DNA from: Candidatus Parvarchaeum acidophilus ARMAN-5
GTDB lineage: Archaea; Nanobdellota; Nanobdellia; Parvarchaeales; Parvarchaeaceae
NCBI GenBank assembly: GCA_002412085.1
Contig: GG745550.1
Coordinates: 1-62,012, forward strand
DNA length: 62,012 nt
Direction: 5' to 3'
A program made the position numbers and the translations under genes. A model generated the notes under the pieces. That model was given only the letters and a program-made list of their open reading frames with translations. It was not told the DNA's origin and searched no databases. Below are positions 61,962 through 62,012 of this stretch, piece by piece; position 1 is the stretch's first letter; the number at the start of each line of letters is the position of its first letter.

Positions 61962-62012
61962 GGGGATCGTCTAGAGTCACCTGCAGCATGCAGCTGCATA
62001 GCCGTCGAAAAC
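61962..62012. other. cloning-vector remnant (pUC18-type polylinker from the SmaI half-site to the M13 forward primer site), with read-end errors
   Basis: ggggatcGtctagagtc-acctgcag-catgca-gct...gccgtcg corresponds to GGGGATCCTCTAGAGTCGACCTGCAGGCATGCAAGCTTGGCACTGGCCGTCG. Confidence 0.85.

Noticed and set aside
1-62012. CRISPR arrays, rRNA genes, IS elements, transposases and integrases.
   Set aside because: No regularly spaced direct repeats of 24-40 nt, no rRNA-like GC-rich structured stretch, and no DDE, tyrosine or serine recombinase motifs were seen in any frame during the manual read-through. A computational repeat scan is still advisable.

Overview
This is a 62-kb, AT-rich archaeal chromosome fragment with very dense gene packing; hand-counted 60-nt samples are mostly 25-35% G+C. 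Archaeal identity is directly supported by TFB, aIF5B, thermosome, ribosomal proteins L15e/L35Ae/L37e, an Sm-like protein, Trm1, RNase Z, a GINS-like subunit, a Hef-type helicase and archaeal/eukaryal-type TrpRS. It is also supported by tRNA introns at position 37/38 and by TATA boxes about 25-35 nt upstream of start codons. The shrunken or degenerate gene versions, the many class III (type IV pilin-like) signal-peptide proteins and the absence of biosynthetic operons suggest a reduced-genome DPANN/ARMAN-like archaeon; this is inference. Content falls into four groups. (i) Informational and housekeeping genes. (ii) A sugar-nucleotide/glycogen set: a eukaryote-type GT3 glycogen synthase next to GH57, three GalT-family genes, two NDP-sugar pyrophosphorylases, and GT2/GT4 glycosyltransferases. 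(iii) About ten pilin-like or cysteine-rich surface-protein genes, plus a SecF-SecD operon extended by a membrane thioredoxin-like gene. (iv) Accessory patches: a convergent pair of HprK-like P-loop kinases in a glycosylation island; a 551-aa orphan followed by four mini-membrane genes below the ORF-track cutoff; and a GC-richer patch (55.3-58.9 kb) between trpS and an intron-containing tRNA-Ile(UAU). There are four tRNA genes: two carry introns and one has an aberrant T-loop. Data-quality caveats: the last ~50 nt are pUC18 polylinker/M13-primer sequence. Six apparent single-base-deletion frameshifts occur (thermosome x2, GalT, two pilin-like genes with 1 and 2), along with two possible +1 cases and an in-frame TAG in the Sm gene. 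This looks like an error-containing shotgun-clone-derived draft. Three intergenic regions carry decayed gene fragments (HAD hydrolase, trpS, pilin 3' end). No CRISPR array, rRNA, integrase or transposase was recognised.
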